Source: Octopus vulgaris (Eukaryota). From it: a stretch of 64,000 bases of DNA. The stretch lies in the NCBI GenBank assembly GCA_951406725.2, contig OX597822.1:56420001-56484000 (forward strand), written 5' to 3'. The notes under the pieces were generated by a model. That model made no database searches, was not told the DNA's origin, and saw nothing but the letters and a program-made list of their open reading frames with translations. Positions 13,810 through 28,108 of the stretch are shown here, piece after piece; the first letter of the stretch is position 1; the number at the start of each line of letters is the position of its first letter. The position numbers and the translations under genes were made by a program.

Positions 13810-14870
13810 GGGGGAGAATTCACAAAAGACAAACGTCGAAGACCGGTGGTGTAGACAACAAACAGAAGTATTAGTTTAACGCTCGGGAAGTGAAAAAAGT
13901 CTTGAACGTTTCGAGCTTACGCTCTTCCACAGAAAGGAACACAGAAAGAAACTAGGAGGGAAAATAAAGAATGTAGTGGCTAGCGATCTGTCATGACCAA
14001 TGCCGGACAGAGGGGCCACACAGAAGAGCTAGGAAGAAGAGAAGATAATAAAGTAGTGGTTACCCCAAAACGAAGGTGCGCGTGCGTGTGTATAAGAGAG
14101 CATGTATGTGCGTGTGGAAGAGGGCTGGTGACCTTGACGTGTGCGTGTGTGTGTGTGTGGGTGTGTGGATGATGGTGTGGGTGCTGGGAAGTGGTCAGTG
14201 CTAGTGTGTGCGTGGTGGTATGGTGTGATGTGGTGTTGTGGCGTATGGTGGTGTGTGGTGTGGTGGTGATGGGATGTGGAGGAGGCGAGAATGGGGAAGC
14301 AAGCGAGCGTGGGTTATGTGGGAGTGAGTGTAAGGGAGGGAGTGGGGTCGGATGGGATGGATAGGGAATGTGGATTTGGATTGTGTAAGGGTGGAGTTAC
14401 GAGGGAGGGGTGATGATGAATGGAGAGTAGGAAAGGAGAAGGTGGGTAGGAGTGAAGATAAGAGAGGAAGGTAGGAGTGATGAGAAAATGTAGGAGTCGG
14501 AGCAAGAGAGGAGATGTGGGTGGGAGGAGGTAGGTGTGAGAGGAAGAGAGGAGAGGGGAGGGGGTTAGATGAAAAGGGGAGGAGAGTTGAGCCCATGTGA
14601 AACAAAGGAGCGAAGAAAGAAGATTAAACCTTGTTCATGGCGAAGACGGGAGTCCAGATGGACCCTGTGCAAGGACAATCCGAATACAGACTGATGTTGC
14701 AAAGAGTGAGCGGTAGAGCGGAAATAGCGTGCAATCGGCGTGTCATTGCCGTGTCGGATGTCTCGGAGATGTTCCGCGAACCGGTCAGCAAGCGGCATCC
14801 TGTTTGCCCGATGTATAGAGAGAGCAGGAGATACAGTTGATGACATTGCTAGAAGTGCAGGTGTAGGAGT
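13810..14870 (-). mobile_element. Penelope-like element 3' part (GIY-YIG C-terminus plus CT/CA-rich pseudo-LTR)
   Basis: [12 protein letters not shown]...PIARYF...RLRHEQGLIFFLRSFVSHGLN. The tail GAAGAGCGTAAGCTCGAAACGT is shared with 16535-17720. Confidence 0.8.
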
Positions 14871-15032
14871 TGATATATATATATATATATACAATATAAG
14901 TCAAATATACCGTCCAGTTTCCGAAAAGTCACGCCCTCCTTCGATGGTTTGCATATTGCTACTGGGAGTTACTAAATCTACAACCATGTATCATGTTGTT
15001 AAGAAATACACACACACACGTATACACGTATG

Positions 15033-15100
<68 letters not shown>

Positions 15101-15196
15101 CATATATACATATATATATATATAAATATATAATACATATATATTCATATACGATATATATACACACCCACATACACACATACATACATACGCGCG

Positions 15197-15250
<54 letters not shown>

Positions 15251-15839
15251 TGTATACATATTTATATATGTGAGTATATATAATATATATATATATATAT
15301 CTTTATAGCCAAGCATAAAATCTATATATGATTTTATCAAGTAGCTAGCATGTAATGAACCATATAGGTAAAAATTAATGCAAAATATATGATTATATAA
15401 CTATAATTACCGTAAGGGCAATAATGAGTAGTGCCACATGCTAGAAACAGACGGGAACTGGCTCTAAGAATTACATTATTTACCACATTGGCACGGGCTG
15501 CAAGTGAGGGAAATGAACAAAAAGTTTTTTATGATTAAACCATAGATCGATTTCTAGTTTAGTGATATGACTCCCTTTGCCGTCTTACGTATGATACAAC
15601 TCAAAGTAGATCATTATAAACATTTATACATACCAACACGAATATAATGTGTTCACAAGCGCATTACAAATTTCTCACTCATATACAAGCTAAATCTAAT
15701 TTGGTAAATAATGTAGGTCTTAGATCCAATTGGCGTCTATTTCTGGTATATGTCGCTGCTCAGTAGTGTCCTTACTATAATTTTATTCATATAATTATAT
15801 ATTTTGTACTAATTGTTACCTATATAGGTAACCTATATA

Positions 15840-16256
15840 GGCATAGGTGTGACTGTGTGGTAAGTAGCTTGCTTATGAACCACATGGTTCTGGGTTCAGT
15901 CACACTGCGTGGCACCTTGGGCAAGTGTCTTCTGCTAAATCCTCGGGCTGACCAAAACCTTGTGAGTGGATTTGGTAGACGGAAACTGAAAGAAGCCCGT
16001 CGTATATATGTCTATATATCTGTGTGTGTGTGTGTGTGTGTGTCTGTGTGTGTCTGTGTTTGTCCCCACAACGTCGCTTGACAACCGATGCTGGTGCGTT
16101 TACGTCCCCGTAACCTAGCGGTTCGGCAAAAGAAACCGATAGAATAAGTACTAGGCTTCCAAAGAATAAGCCCTGGGGTCGATTTGCTCGCCTAAAGGCG
16201 GTGCTTCAGCACGGCCACAGTCAAATGACTGAAACAAGTAAAAGAATTAAAAAAAG
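15840..16256 (+). mobile_element. SINE family 1
   Basis: Near-complete match to 4814-5225. Confidence 0.85.
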
Positions 16257-16534
16257 AGTAAAAGAGTATATAGTTTATTACATGCTGGCTACTAGATAAA
16301 ATCTTATAGAGATTTTATCCTTGATCATAAAGATAAATATAAACCATTCCAACTGATATATTTACTTCGAGATTATTTTGGTCGCATTCACACGTAGCTG
16401 AAATGAACGAATTAGATTTAGCTTGTATATAAGTGTGTACATGTGTATATGCGCTTGTGGATACATTATATTCGTATGGCTATAGATAAATGTTTTTAAA
16501 ATGCACTTTGCATTGTACCATACTGGAGACGTTA

Positions 16535-17720
16535 AAGGGATAATCTTCTCTCTTCGCTCTTTTACGCCATTTGGACTCAACTCTCTTCCCCTCTTCTCTC
16601 TTACTCTCTTTCTTTCTTCTCTCTTTCTTTCTGCTCCCTCACTTTCCTTGTCTCCTCTCTGCCCCTCCCTCCACCTTCTTCCCACCCAACGCACCTCTCT
16701 TGCCCCGACTCCTACTTCTCTTCACTCCTACTTCTCTTCACTCCCACACCTTTTCACACCTACTCTCTTTCCCTCTTCTCCCTTACTCTCTTTCTTTCTT
16801 CTCTCTTTCTTTCTGCTCCCTCACTTTCCTTGTCTCCTCTCTACCCCTCCCTCCTCTCTCCCCTCCCTCCACCTTCTTCCCACCCAACGCACCTCTCTTG
16901 CCCCGACTCCTACTTCTCTTCACTCCTACTTCTCTTCAGTCCTACTCTCTTTCCCTCTTCTCTCTTACTCTCTTTCTCTCTTCTCTCCTACTCTCTTTCT
17001 CGCTTTCTCTCCCCTCCTCCCCTCTTCCCTCTTACTCTCTTCCTCTCTTCTCTCTTTCTCTCTTCTCTCTTTCTCTCTTCTCTCTTACTCTCTTTCTCTC
17101 TCCTCTCCTACTCTCTTTCGCTCTTCTCTCCTCCTCTCTCTCTCTTCACATACCCACCTTCCTCTCCTCCCATAAACACTCCCACCCCTAAACATACCTA
17201 CTCCACCTTCCCTATCTTTCCCATCGCCCATCTTATCCCCCCACATTCCCCCACCCTCTTCCTACCCACAAACCCCAGCTCTACCCCAACCCCCACCCGT
17301 GCTTTCCCCACCTCCCAACAACATCACACCACACCACTCTACACCATACAACATTACACATCACATCACAACACACCACCCACACACCCATCCCCACATT
17401 TTCACACCTACACATACATACACGCACACGTCCAGACCACACGCACATACATACTCTCTTATACACACACGCACCTTTGTGTTCGGGGTCATCTTTACCT
17501 TGTTATCTCCCCTACTTTCCATCTCGTGTTTGACCCTTCTGTCCGGCACTAGTCGCCACGATAGATCGTTAGCCACTACACACATTTTTTTCTCTCCTTG
17601 TTTTTTCTGTGTCCCTTTCTGGAGAAGAGCGTAGGCTCGAAACGTAAAATACTTTTTCTATTCCTGAGCGTTATACTAATACATCTGTTTGTTTTGTACA
17701 CCACCTGTCTTCGTCTTGTA
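16535..17720 (+). mobile_element. Penelope-like element 3' part, same family as 13810-14870, opposite orientation, expanded CT-rich tract
   Basis: GIIFSLRSFTPFGLNSLPLF end of the endonuclease ORF, and a shared tail with GAAGAGCGTAGGCTCGAAACGT. Confidence 0.75.
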
Positions 17721-17909
17721 GTTCTTAGAGCCATTTGGCTTCTGTTTCTAGAATCTAGCGCTACTCATTAGTACCTTTACTATAATTATATTTATGCAAT
17801 TATATATTTTGTATTAATTGTGATAACGTCTAAGAGGCATAAGTAGGAAGAAGCCAGAGTATTTTCCTATAGTTGTCAAGAACTCAACTGTTAGTTAAAT
17901 ACACTTTGA

Positions 17910-17948
17910 AATCTGATGATAGCTACAAACGTATGAAAGCGCTAATTG
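17910..17948 (+). ncRNA. Minimal hammerhead-like motif
   Basis: AAT-CTGATGA-TAGC...GTAT-GAAA-GCGC-TA-ATT; stem II is weak. Confidence 0.5.
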
Positions 17949-18248
17949 AACTTTATGGACATTACAACATATTCCTTTAATGCATAACACAATTCAACAG
18001 TGTTTTTTTTTAATACAATAATAAAAAAAGTGCAAAGCAGGGTATGTTTTAACTTTATTCAACTGATATATTAATCTATACACATTTACACAAATTCAGA
18101 ACGTATATAGAAATATATACGTGTGTGTGTGTGTGCGTGTGTGTGTATGTGTGTATATGTATCATATATAAATATATATGCATATACATATCTATAAATA
18201 TATATATATATGTGTATGTATGTATTTATATATATGTCTGTGTATATG

Positions 18249-18331
<83 letters not shown>

Positions 18332-18819
18332 GCTATCTCTCTTCTCACTTTCTCTCTTCTCTCTTACTCTCAACATAACCCTCTCTCAGATACATATATT
18401 TATTGCTTCGGTCTTTCAGTTTTTCCGAGCCCTGTATTCAGATCATAATAAATTGAAGTAGCAAAAAGTTCCAATACAGCATCAATGAGAAGAAAACAGA
18501 GGTGAACGTGGTTAGTATTCTTCTTTGGAAATTCCAAATATTTTGCGATCCACTTGGTACTGAAAAATACGATGAAATAAAATATTCACCATTAATTTTG
18601 TTATTAAAATTGTATCATATTGCAATTCGAGCAAATAAATATTGTATGTATTTGAAATATATGATATCTTCCTACATGGTCGATAGAAAAGATTCAGTGT
18701 TTCTTCCACCCGAGAGTATCACACCATTTGAAAGCGTTAATCCATGCAGTAGAAACACTCCCTCTCACCTACTTCAAACAGGACTATGGTCGTTCCATCT
18801 GCAGTGAATGTAATGAGCT

Positions 18820-19000
18820 AAATTCGTTGGGGTGGAGGGCAAATGCGGGTTGTGTTTATTGACTATCTTCAAAACGACCACTCTATCAATGGAGAATACT
18901 ATGATGCTGAAGCAGTTATGAAAGGCTATCAAGAACAAACTTTCGGGAAACCTGACTAAGCAACAGAGTGGCAGTTTCATAAGTTCCAATGCATGAAACT
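18820..19000 (+). mobile_element. Mariner transposase remnant
   Basis: Translates as VFIDYLQNDHSINGEYY...QL*KAIKNK, typical of mariner transposases. Confidence 0.55.
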
Positions 19001-21150
19001 ACGGACCTTGAATGACACTGTTGCTTCTGCTAAATATCAATATATATATATACACAGGCGCAAGAGAGGCTGTGTGATAAATAGCTTGCTTACCAACCTC
19101 GCAAATTATATATTATCATTGTTCGTCTATCGACACTTGTTGCATATGGCTCCCGAAGTTTGTTATATTGCTACAAATTGTTATGCAAAGTAAAATTTGC
19201 TATTGTTACATAGACAAACTAACCAGGATCTCGAGGGTCCAAGGCATGGAAGACAATATCAAAGGACGAGATACAAAGCACAAAAACAGGTAGAGTTTAC
19301 ATCGATCAAGGGAGACACTATAATATTAAAGGATATCTCGAAGGATATAGAAATAGAAGTTAGAAAGACAAATAATTGATAATTAAATAGAATCCTCAAA
19401 AGCGGAGGAATTCACTTTGGATAATTCAGAGTCAACTCCACGCAAAAGACCCGGATTACTCAGTCATCCCCAAGACATGAGAAGTGCCCTCTTCCAGTTT
19501 CTTTACACCTACTTAAAAGCGTATTCAGAGTAAATCCATTCAGTCCCTCCAGCCTTGCCAATCTCGTCCACCTTTTGATAAGCAAACTAGAAGGCAGCAC
19601 CTCCCTCCCATTTTCTTCAAATGATATTCGAAGAAATTGATGAGAACTTGACCAGATAGGAAAGTGCCTTTCTTCAAACCTTTCAAACAAGCCCACCACA
19701 CAGCTTCTTTTGCTTCGGTCATTACGCAGAGATAGATCTGCCTGCAATCTCTGCTAAAGGAAGGTGATGCGTAATCTTCACTATATACTCAGCGGACAGC
19801 TTGATTCGTCATACACGAGAGAGCGACTGCTGGGCACAAGACCACAACTATATGTGCGTGTTTGTATTTGCGTGTGTGTGTGTGCGTGTGTGTGTGTGTG
19901 TGTGCAGATTTGTACTACTGGAAGTATACCTGTTTATATCCAAATACTTACTGTTGCAAGACAATAGTACAATTGAATGATAAGTATAAGTAGAGGTAAA
20001 TAAAAGTTTATCTAGAATTTATATGGCAAGGAAGAAAATGGAGAAGATATTTAATTGATAAGCACCAGCAAAATCTATTTATTAATTACAATTATAAGAA
20101 TAAATAAATAATTACAGCTCTACTCTTACGGCTGTTTCTACATTGGGGTCCGGCATGCCAAAGTTGACACATCATACAAAAATTATACAAAATTTGAACC
20201 CCAAAACTTCATACATATATATGTATGCATTGTGTGTGTATGTATGTTATGTGTGTGTGTGTGTATATATATATTATATGTATGCGTACGTGTATGTGTA
20301 TGCATTGTATGTATGTGTGTTGTGTGTATATGTGGTACATCTATGTATGTGTATGTAAACACTATTTATATGTATATGTGTATATATGTATATGCATTGT
20401 CTATATATATATATATTATATGTATGTATTGCGTATGTATATTGCATGCATATATTGTGTATGTATATTACTTACATGCTGTATGTGTGTATTGTATGTG
20501 TGTATATATATATGCTAGGTGTATTTGTGTGATATTTATATTATGTATGTATGTGTGCGTGTGTTGTGTGTGTGTGTGTGTATGTGTGTTATATATCTGT
20601 GTATGTTATATATAGATACATGTTATATTTGTGTGCTGTGTGTATATGTGATATATGTGGGTGCGTTGTGTGTGGGTGTGTGTGTTCTGTGTGTGTGTGT
20701 GTTGTTTGTATGTGGTTTGTGTTTGTATACTATGTGTGTGTGTGTGTGTGTGTTGTTGTGTGTGTGTGTGTTTGTGTGTATATATATGTGTGTGACAAAC
20801 AGACGCTGTCTGACCAGCAGGCACGGACACATCTATTCACACCCGCATACTAACCTCCTGATAACCCCAAAATCATTCATGCATAAAGGGGAAGTATACA
20901 CCACATTGGCTACTACTGTTCTCTCAGTTCAGCCTTTCTGCTAATACTGACAGGTCAGTAAAAACATACTTAAAATATTCTGAGATGGACAAAAAATCCA
21001 TTTTAATTTTTGCTGTCAAAACGCTGTATATATATACCAAAGATTGTATATATATACATGTAATGTGACAATTTGCGACAACCAATAATTAACGCAACCA
21101 ATTCCCAATAATATATTTGTTTTATCCTTTTCTGCCAAATTTTCCCAAAT

Positions 21151-21380
21151 AATGTGACAATTATGTATAAAAAAACATTTTTGAATTCATAATATCCAAT
21201 GTGACAATTATGTAAAAAACTTTTTTGAATGCATAATATTCAATGTGACAATTATGTAAAAAACTTTTTTGAACCCATAATATCCAATGTGACAATTATG
21301 TAAAAAACTTTTTTGAATGCATAATATTCAATGTGACAATTATGTAAAAAACTTTTTTTGAACCCATATTATTCAATGTT
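21151..21380. repeat. Minisatellite, about 5 x 44 bp
   Basis: AATGTGACAATTATGTAAAAAAC...CATAATAT recurs at 21151, 21198, 21242, 21286 and 21330. Confidence 0.9.
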
Positions 21381-21512
21381 TCCTTAAATGTAACTTTTGA
21401 CAATCTTTTACCAAAGAGTGAAACCGGTTAAGTAAATAAACATCGTTTAAATTGCATTTTCAAACCTTTTTTCTTATATAATCCCACTCGTGCGATACCC
21501 CACAACTCAACT

Positions 21513-21543
<31 letters not shown>

Positions 21544-21935
21544 CATACACACATACACACTACGTATATATATCTATATAGCTGAGATAATATTTAAGTA
21601 GCCAGAAGAATCACTACTGACTTCCCTTTACTGTCCACCTCAATCGCCCCATCTTACTATTGCCCCTTATGCGTGGGACTCCGTGCATCATGTTGTGTTG
21701 CATCCATTTTGCAGTCTGAGTCACATCAGGTACATCCATACATAAAGTGATGTCGCGCTAAAGATCTTGAGCTCGGACAGTCATATTGTTATTTGCCCGT
21801 CATGTTAGGGAATGAAGTGTTGTTACAATCTTCATTACTATTATATTTCTATAACCAAAATTAACACACTAATCGACATATACCCATTAGTCCCAAAATA
21901 TTACAAATATATATGGATAGATAGATAGATAGATG

Positions 21936-22027
<92 letters not shown>

Positions 22028-23434
22028 TGTAAGATCCAGGGATCGAGTTGTAACCCATATCAGATTGAAAGATCACAAAGAAAACTTCGCAGTAACCCCC
22101 TCCCTGCCGCATTTGCCTTATCTTCCCTTCCAGCTCCAATATAGTTAAGATTAGCAAAATCATACTCTATTAAATAATACCCCAACTTTACACCAAATCT
22201 TCGCAAAAACTTTGGACCAAAACCACTGAAGCTATCCAGTGGCTCACCTCTCTATACCCTAAGCACACCTTTAAATTCATGCAAGCCGACATTGATCAAT
22301 ATTATTGATAGCATTTCTCCTATTCTTCTTAATAAGGCCCTAATTTTCTCCGAAAAACATTCCAACCTATCTCGCGACGATATTGATATATTAGCAGACC
22401 ACCGAAATATATCTCTTGATGGGAAATCCTGGTCCCGCAATGTTACACCTAATCTTTTAAATACCTCCATGGGAGCCAGTGACTCCTCCTAAGTTACTGA
22501 CCTTGTGGGACTCTACCTAGTTAACGATCTCCATGAACAATTCCCTAACTTCTCCGATGGTCTATACAGAGATGACGCTCTATTTACTATCCAAAATTCT
22601 AGTAACCGGATAATCGAACAAACTAAACAAAGATTAAGAGACTCTTTTTAAAACGTCAGCCTCAGTATCTCAGTAACCCTGGACTTGCAAAGCAAAACCA
22701 TATACCCATACCACAAACCTGAAGAAAACCTCTACTACGTGAACTTCTCCTCCAACCACACTCTTCGTCGTAAAGCCCATTGCAGAAAGCGTTTCCTACT
22801 GGATATCCTCACTACCTGCTAATAATGATTCATTCGATCAATATGTTGATTATTACAATTGTGCCCTACAACGTGCCGTATATACACAATCAATTGAATA
22901 CATCCTCATGTGGGATATTCCTTTCTCCATTAAACTAGGAACAGAAAACAGTTCCTCACCTCCATATTATAGACTACATCCTTCATCCCAGCCCTCCAAT
23001 ACCCGTCCAAATATCGATGTAGCAGACGAACTAACAAACAACCTCCCTACTAGAAAACCCCAAATCCCATATGCATCACAAGCCATCAAAACAGACACCA
23101 GCATAGACATTCAAAGCCCTATCTCCACCCAGTTAACTCCTCTAATCGAATTAAACAGACTATAACCCGGAACGTTATCTGGTTTCACCCCCACCTTCGT
23201 CACTAACGTCCAGATTCGAGTACTCCAACTCTTCTTCCCCTACTGGAAAAACATTTCCCTAAATATAGCTCCCTTAGAGAAATATTTTACCTCCAATCCA
23301 CAACCAGCTAAATCCACCCTAATTAATTAACTCAGCATAACCCCCAGCTCCATACATATAAACCTAATACACCAATTGACCCTTAACCGCACTAACTCTC
23401 ATAACTACCACTATAATCCTTTCTACTATAGACA

Positions 23435-23580
23435 CAAGGCCTGAAATTGGGGGGGGGTACTAGTCAGTTACATCGATCCCAGTGTTTTACTGGTACTTAA
23501 TTCATCGATCCCGAAAGGATGAAAAGTAATGTCGACCTCGGCGGAATTTGAACTCGGAATGTAGCGACAGACGGAATACC
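23435..23580 (-). mobile_element. SINE family 3 fragment
   Basis: CACAAGGCCTGAAATT...GAAAGGATGAAA...GTCGACCTCGGCGGAATTTGAACTC, also at 50195-50335 and 50633-50810. Confidence 0.7.
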
Positions 23581-24364
23581 CGATCCTTAAATTTACCACA
23601 ACACCCAACTATACCTCCTATAAAAATTGAGAACACTCCAGAAGATACCACCGAACGCAATAATTATCATACTATACACCCAGCAACACCACCCTCAATC
23701 CTTAAGAACTCCTTAACACCGGCAATGATAAGGAAACGAACACCGATTCCTCACTAAATAGCAATCCCCTCACAAGTTAATCCGGAACACCCCCTCCAAA
23801 CATATGCAGCTTCAGACGCTGATCCTCCTGTCCTTTAGATAACCGCTGTCTCACAAAAAACATAGTTTATAAGTGCATAGTATCAACTGCCAACTGTAAC
23901 TACATATATATTGTCTCGTGTAGCACCACCTTCAAAGCTAGAGTGAACAACCACTAATCCAGCTTCAAGACCCAAACAAAATGCGACAGTGCATCGTATT
24001 CTCAACTTATCAGTAAACTAACGCCTGATGCAAGTCCTTACACTCATAAGTGATCTATAGTCACCCACACCACGCCTCACAGCAACTATAATAATAAGTG
24101 TGATCACTGTATAGCTGAGGTCTTGGTTATTTTGCAACCCATGGATTGTCTCAATGAATGAAGCAGTAAAACATTCTCCTGCAAACACTGGTCATTAAAT
24201 CGATTCTAAAAATACAAATAGTTACAACCCCACCCCGCTCTTTTCTCTCCTAACCGTCATACATTTTTCCCCTCTTATCCACCCTCACTATCACTATGTG
24301 TTAAGCCAACAATATATATTCCTTGATTATCAATTACAAACTTCTCTCCGTATTTTTCCTTACT

Positions 24365-24772
24365 CTTTACTCTTTATTCTCTTTTACTTGTTTCAGACAT
24401 TTGACTGTGGCCATGCTGGAGCGCCGCTTTTAGTCGAGCAAATCGACCCCAGGACTTATTTTTTGTAAGCCTAGTACTTATTCTATCGGTCTCTTTTGCC
24501 GAACCGCTAAGTTACGGGGACGTAAACACACCACCATCGGTTGTCAAGTGATGTTGGGGGGGGGGACAAACACAGACACACAAACATATATACACACACA
24601 CATACATACATATGTATATATACATATATACGACGGGCTTCTTTCAGTTTCCGTCAACCAAATCCACTCACAAGGCTTTGGTCGGCCCGAGGCTATTGTA
24701 GATGACACTTGCCCAAGGTGCCACGCAGTGGGACCGAACCCGGAACCATGTGGTTCGTAAGCAAGCTACTTA
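24365..24772 (-). mobile_element. SINE family 1
   Basis: Reverse complement of 4814-5225. Confidence 0.85.
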
Positions 24773-25368
24773 TGTATAGAAACTCCCTTTCTGTGATTCA
24801 GCTGAAAATGCCCTTTGAATAACAACAGTCAAATAACCGTACTCAAATTAGTCACTCTACTTTGCTTTATTTATACACACTTTCTTTCTCCACAATGACC
24901 AAAAATATTTCCCCTGCAAATTCTCTATACTTCAAATACCAGTCCCCTTACTAAATTCTGTGATTCAGCCAAAGCAACTCTATTATTTATTACCAGTCAC
25001 TTACTTGACTGGTAGTAAATAATCACTTGACCTTGCTTAAATTCCTCCTTGCTCTCACTCCCTTATATTTTCTTCTTTCCTCCCCTCCCTTTGCAAATAC
25101 TCCAAGGACACAGATATTGTGTCTAGAGCCAGCTAGAGACGAAGATCTCTTGGGGCTATAAAGCTACAGTAACAACTCCTCCCCAATGTGGTTAGCCATG
25201 ATAAGATGGCTTCTATACTTTACATTATCGAGCGATTACTGTTTCAATCTCATTCTGAGATTTAATTATGCTTACTGTTCGTTTTTCGACATCAGTGGCA
25301 GACGCCATTAGAAAAACTTATATCTATTTACAAAGGAGCCTTAACTTTCATCGCTACCTGGTGGTTAC

Positions 25369-25411
25369 CGCCCGTTGACGAGGGACAACAATCCCGAAAC
25401 TAGTTCGAGCG
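25369..25411 (+). ncRNA. Minimal type I hammerhead motif with C3U mutation, between the direct repeats
   Basis: CGCCCG-TTGACGA-GGGA(caacaa)TCCC-GAAA-CTAG-TT-CGAGCG. Confidence 0.65.
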
Positions 25412-25864
25412 TATCACTCAGGCTTGCGAGGAAGGGATGGCCTCCCTTTGCAAATACTCCAAGGACACAGATATTGTGTCTAGAGCCAGCTAGAGACGAA
25501 GATCTCTTGGGGCTATAAAGCTACAGTAACACCCCCTCCCCAATGTGGTTAGCCACGATAAGATGGCTTCTATACTTTACAATACTTATTTCTCCCTTCA
25601 TTTATATGCTCCTCTCATACTGTGCTCTCTACATATTTTGATTGAATCGTCCTTGCGTCAACATGCACCTCCTTGCGACAATATACCCTTTCATCGAATC
25701 AAGATATCCTTGGCCTGAGGAGCAGCCGGCTGTATACACCGCCCTTGGATTTTACCGCTTCCGAGGTTCCGCTCGCTATGAAACATATATTGCCTAGATA
25801 TTCTGCACCTCTTGTAAATATGTGTGTGTGCACGCGCGTCCGTGTATATTTGTGTGTATATATA

Positions 25865-26260
25865 CTCTTTTACTCTTTTACTTGTTTCAGTCATTTGACT
25901 GCGGCCATGCTGGAGCACCGTCTTTAATCGTGCAACTCGACCCCGGGACTTATTCTTTGTAAGCCCAGTACTTATTATATCGGTCTCTTTTTTCCGAACC
26001 GCTAAGTGACGGGAACGTAAACACACCAGCATCTGTTGTCAAGCGATGTTTGGGGGGGGGGACAAACACAGACACACAAACATATACACACATACATATA
26101 TATATATATGTATATACACATATATACGACAGGCTTCTTTCAGTTTCCGTCTACCAAATCCACTCACAAGGCATTGGTCGGCCCGAGGCTATAGCAGAAG
26201 ACTGCCCAAGATGCCACGCAGTGGGACTGAACCCGGAACCGTGTGGTTGGTAAGCAAGCT
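25865..26260 (-). mobile_element. SINE family 1
   Basis: Reverse complement of 4814-5225. Confidence 0.85.
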
Positions 26261-26722
26261 ATGTATATATGTATATATGTGCGTGTGTATATATATATAT
26301 ATATATGAGTGTATATATATGTGTATATATATACATTTACACACACATGCGTACACGCACACGCACACGCACACACACGCACGGACATGTGCACGCTATA
26401 TCCGTTTACATGTACAAACGAAAACGCACACACGTACACACAAATAGTTACGTTACAAGCAACAGAATACATTCATTCTGAAAAGCTAGTAGCAGGAATT
26501 ACAGTGGAATCTCAACACCAACAGAGCTACAAAACAGACTGACCCACTGAAAACACTCCTAAGTTGAAAAACAACTTAAGCGACATCAGATATGAAATAA
26601 CATTCTATGAAGTAGACTGAACGGCAAGCAGGCAGAGGATATTTTTAAAAGTAACATAAAAAATAAACTATGCAAAAATTTGACTCAGTTCAAAGTCTGA
26701 TTAAGTAAGTACAATGCAATAA

Positions 26723-26753
<31 letters not shown>

Positions 26754-26935
26754 TGTATGTATGTATGTATGTATGTATGTATGTATGTATGTGTGCATAC
26801 ATGCGTATATGTTATGCACTTATGTGTGTATGTATATATGTACACATGTATGTGTGCGTTTGCGTTTATGTACGTGTGAAAAAAAAAATATATATATATA
26901 TACTCGCATACACATCACGCATATATACACACATA

Positions 26936-27670
26936 CGTGGCCTGATCAATAAGTATCCAAACTGTTGCCATATTAACAAAGCAGAGTGAAGCCGCTTGGC
27001 ACAGATTGACCTTAAACTCTATTGTCTATAAGCACTTGGAAGAAAGGTGCGTAGCGTGTGATCGTTGCATTGAAAGTGTCACAAAAAGTTGAGCAGAGAA
27101 TCTGCATCAAATTTTGCCAAGAGCTTGGAGGCCTACGCAAATTTTAAAAAAAGTTTTCATCGATCTCGACATAATCAAGGAGATCTAGTCACAAACTTAC
27201 CAGACACGCGTCTCATACCCAAAGTTTCAGTAATAATGGACAGAACTGAACCGTAACTAATCTGTATATCCTCTGATAACTCACGGGTGGTGATTCGACG
27301 CTTTCCTTCACAGCTGCACGCACATCAGCGATATTTTTCTCACTTCTGCTGGTTGCAGGTCTCCCAGGAGGCTCGTCAATATCAACATGTTTTCGGCCAT
27401 ATTGGAAAAGACTGAACCCCTCGTAGATTTGTGTGCGCCTCATAGACTCCTCTCCGTACACTTTCTGCAACTTTGCGTAGGCATCTGAGCAGGTATCGCC
27501 ATGACAAGTTTCTCTGTCATGGTTAATGCGACGATCAGACGCTACATTCCTTCCTTCAAAGTACTGCTGTAAACGGCGGAACTGAGCTAGACAGTTAAAA
27601 CTTAATGCGAATGCACAGCTGTGTTCAAGGACAATCTTTGTAAAGCGGCTTCACTCTGCATACTTTTGCA
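26936..27670 (-). mobile_element. Rearranged mariner remnant
   Basis: ORF 27213-27470 (QKVYGEESMRRTQIYE...PGRPATSRSEKNI) is the mariner N-terminal HTH region. 26982-27020 is inversely repeated at about 27622-27660. Confidence 0.75.
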
Positions 27671-27756
27671 TGTGCCCTGACATCGATCGTAAGCTCGACG
27701 CTCTAACCACTGAGCCATGCGCCTTATATATATATGTAAATATATGTAAATATATG

Positions 27757-27827
<71 letters not shown>

Positions 27828-28017
27828 ATACTAAGTAATTAAGGGTTTAGCAACGAATTGCCTCACCACACACCGAATTTAGAAATAGCAGTCAAAGAGT
27901 TATAGCTATTCTTTCTACTAAAAGGGGGATCTCAGTAAAAACACAGCACTTGAAAGGCAAACACAGACAGGTAAGAGATAATGAAATGACGGCAATCTAT
28001 CATACAATTTTAAGTCA

Positions 28018-28108
28018 CCTACGGACGTACGTTTCGAAATTAAGTTTTAGGAAAGCATAAGAATTAGATAATCATGTCTTACCCAACTTCTTTTCTCATC
28101 AGCATAGG
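28018..28108 (-). ncRNA. Type I hammerhead ribozyme
   Basis: CCTATG-CTGATGA-GAAA...TTTC-GAAA-CGTACG-TC-CGTAGG: intact core, 6-bp stem I, palindromic stem III, GUC cleavage triplet. Confidence 0.78.

Larger units (their letters stand above)
22100..25600 (+). mobile_element. Degenerate Penelope-like element (RT, GIY-YIG and pseudo-LTR) interrupted by SINEs
   Basis: MGASDSS*VTDLVGLYL...GLYRDDAL RT motif near 22470-22580; IVYKCIV...YIYI near 23860-23910; direct repeat 25084-25223 / 25441-25581. Confidence 0.75.

Noticed and set aside
16501-17552. Three overlapping ORFs over 200 aa, rich in Leu, Ser and Pro
   Set aside because: Stop-free only because the strand is CT-rich low complexity within a Penelope 3' region.
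20143-20944. Numerous ORFs rich in YI, CV, HT, poly-I, poly-L or poly-S, here and throughout the window
   Set aside because: They are translations of (TA)n, (TG)n, (ATT)n and (AGT)n microsatellites, not genes.
21151-21380. Regularly spaced repeat resembling a CRISPR array
   Set aside because: No unique spacers, no cas genes and a eukaryotic context; it is a minisatellite.
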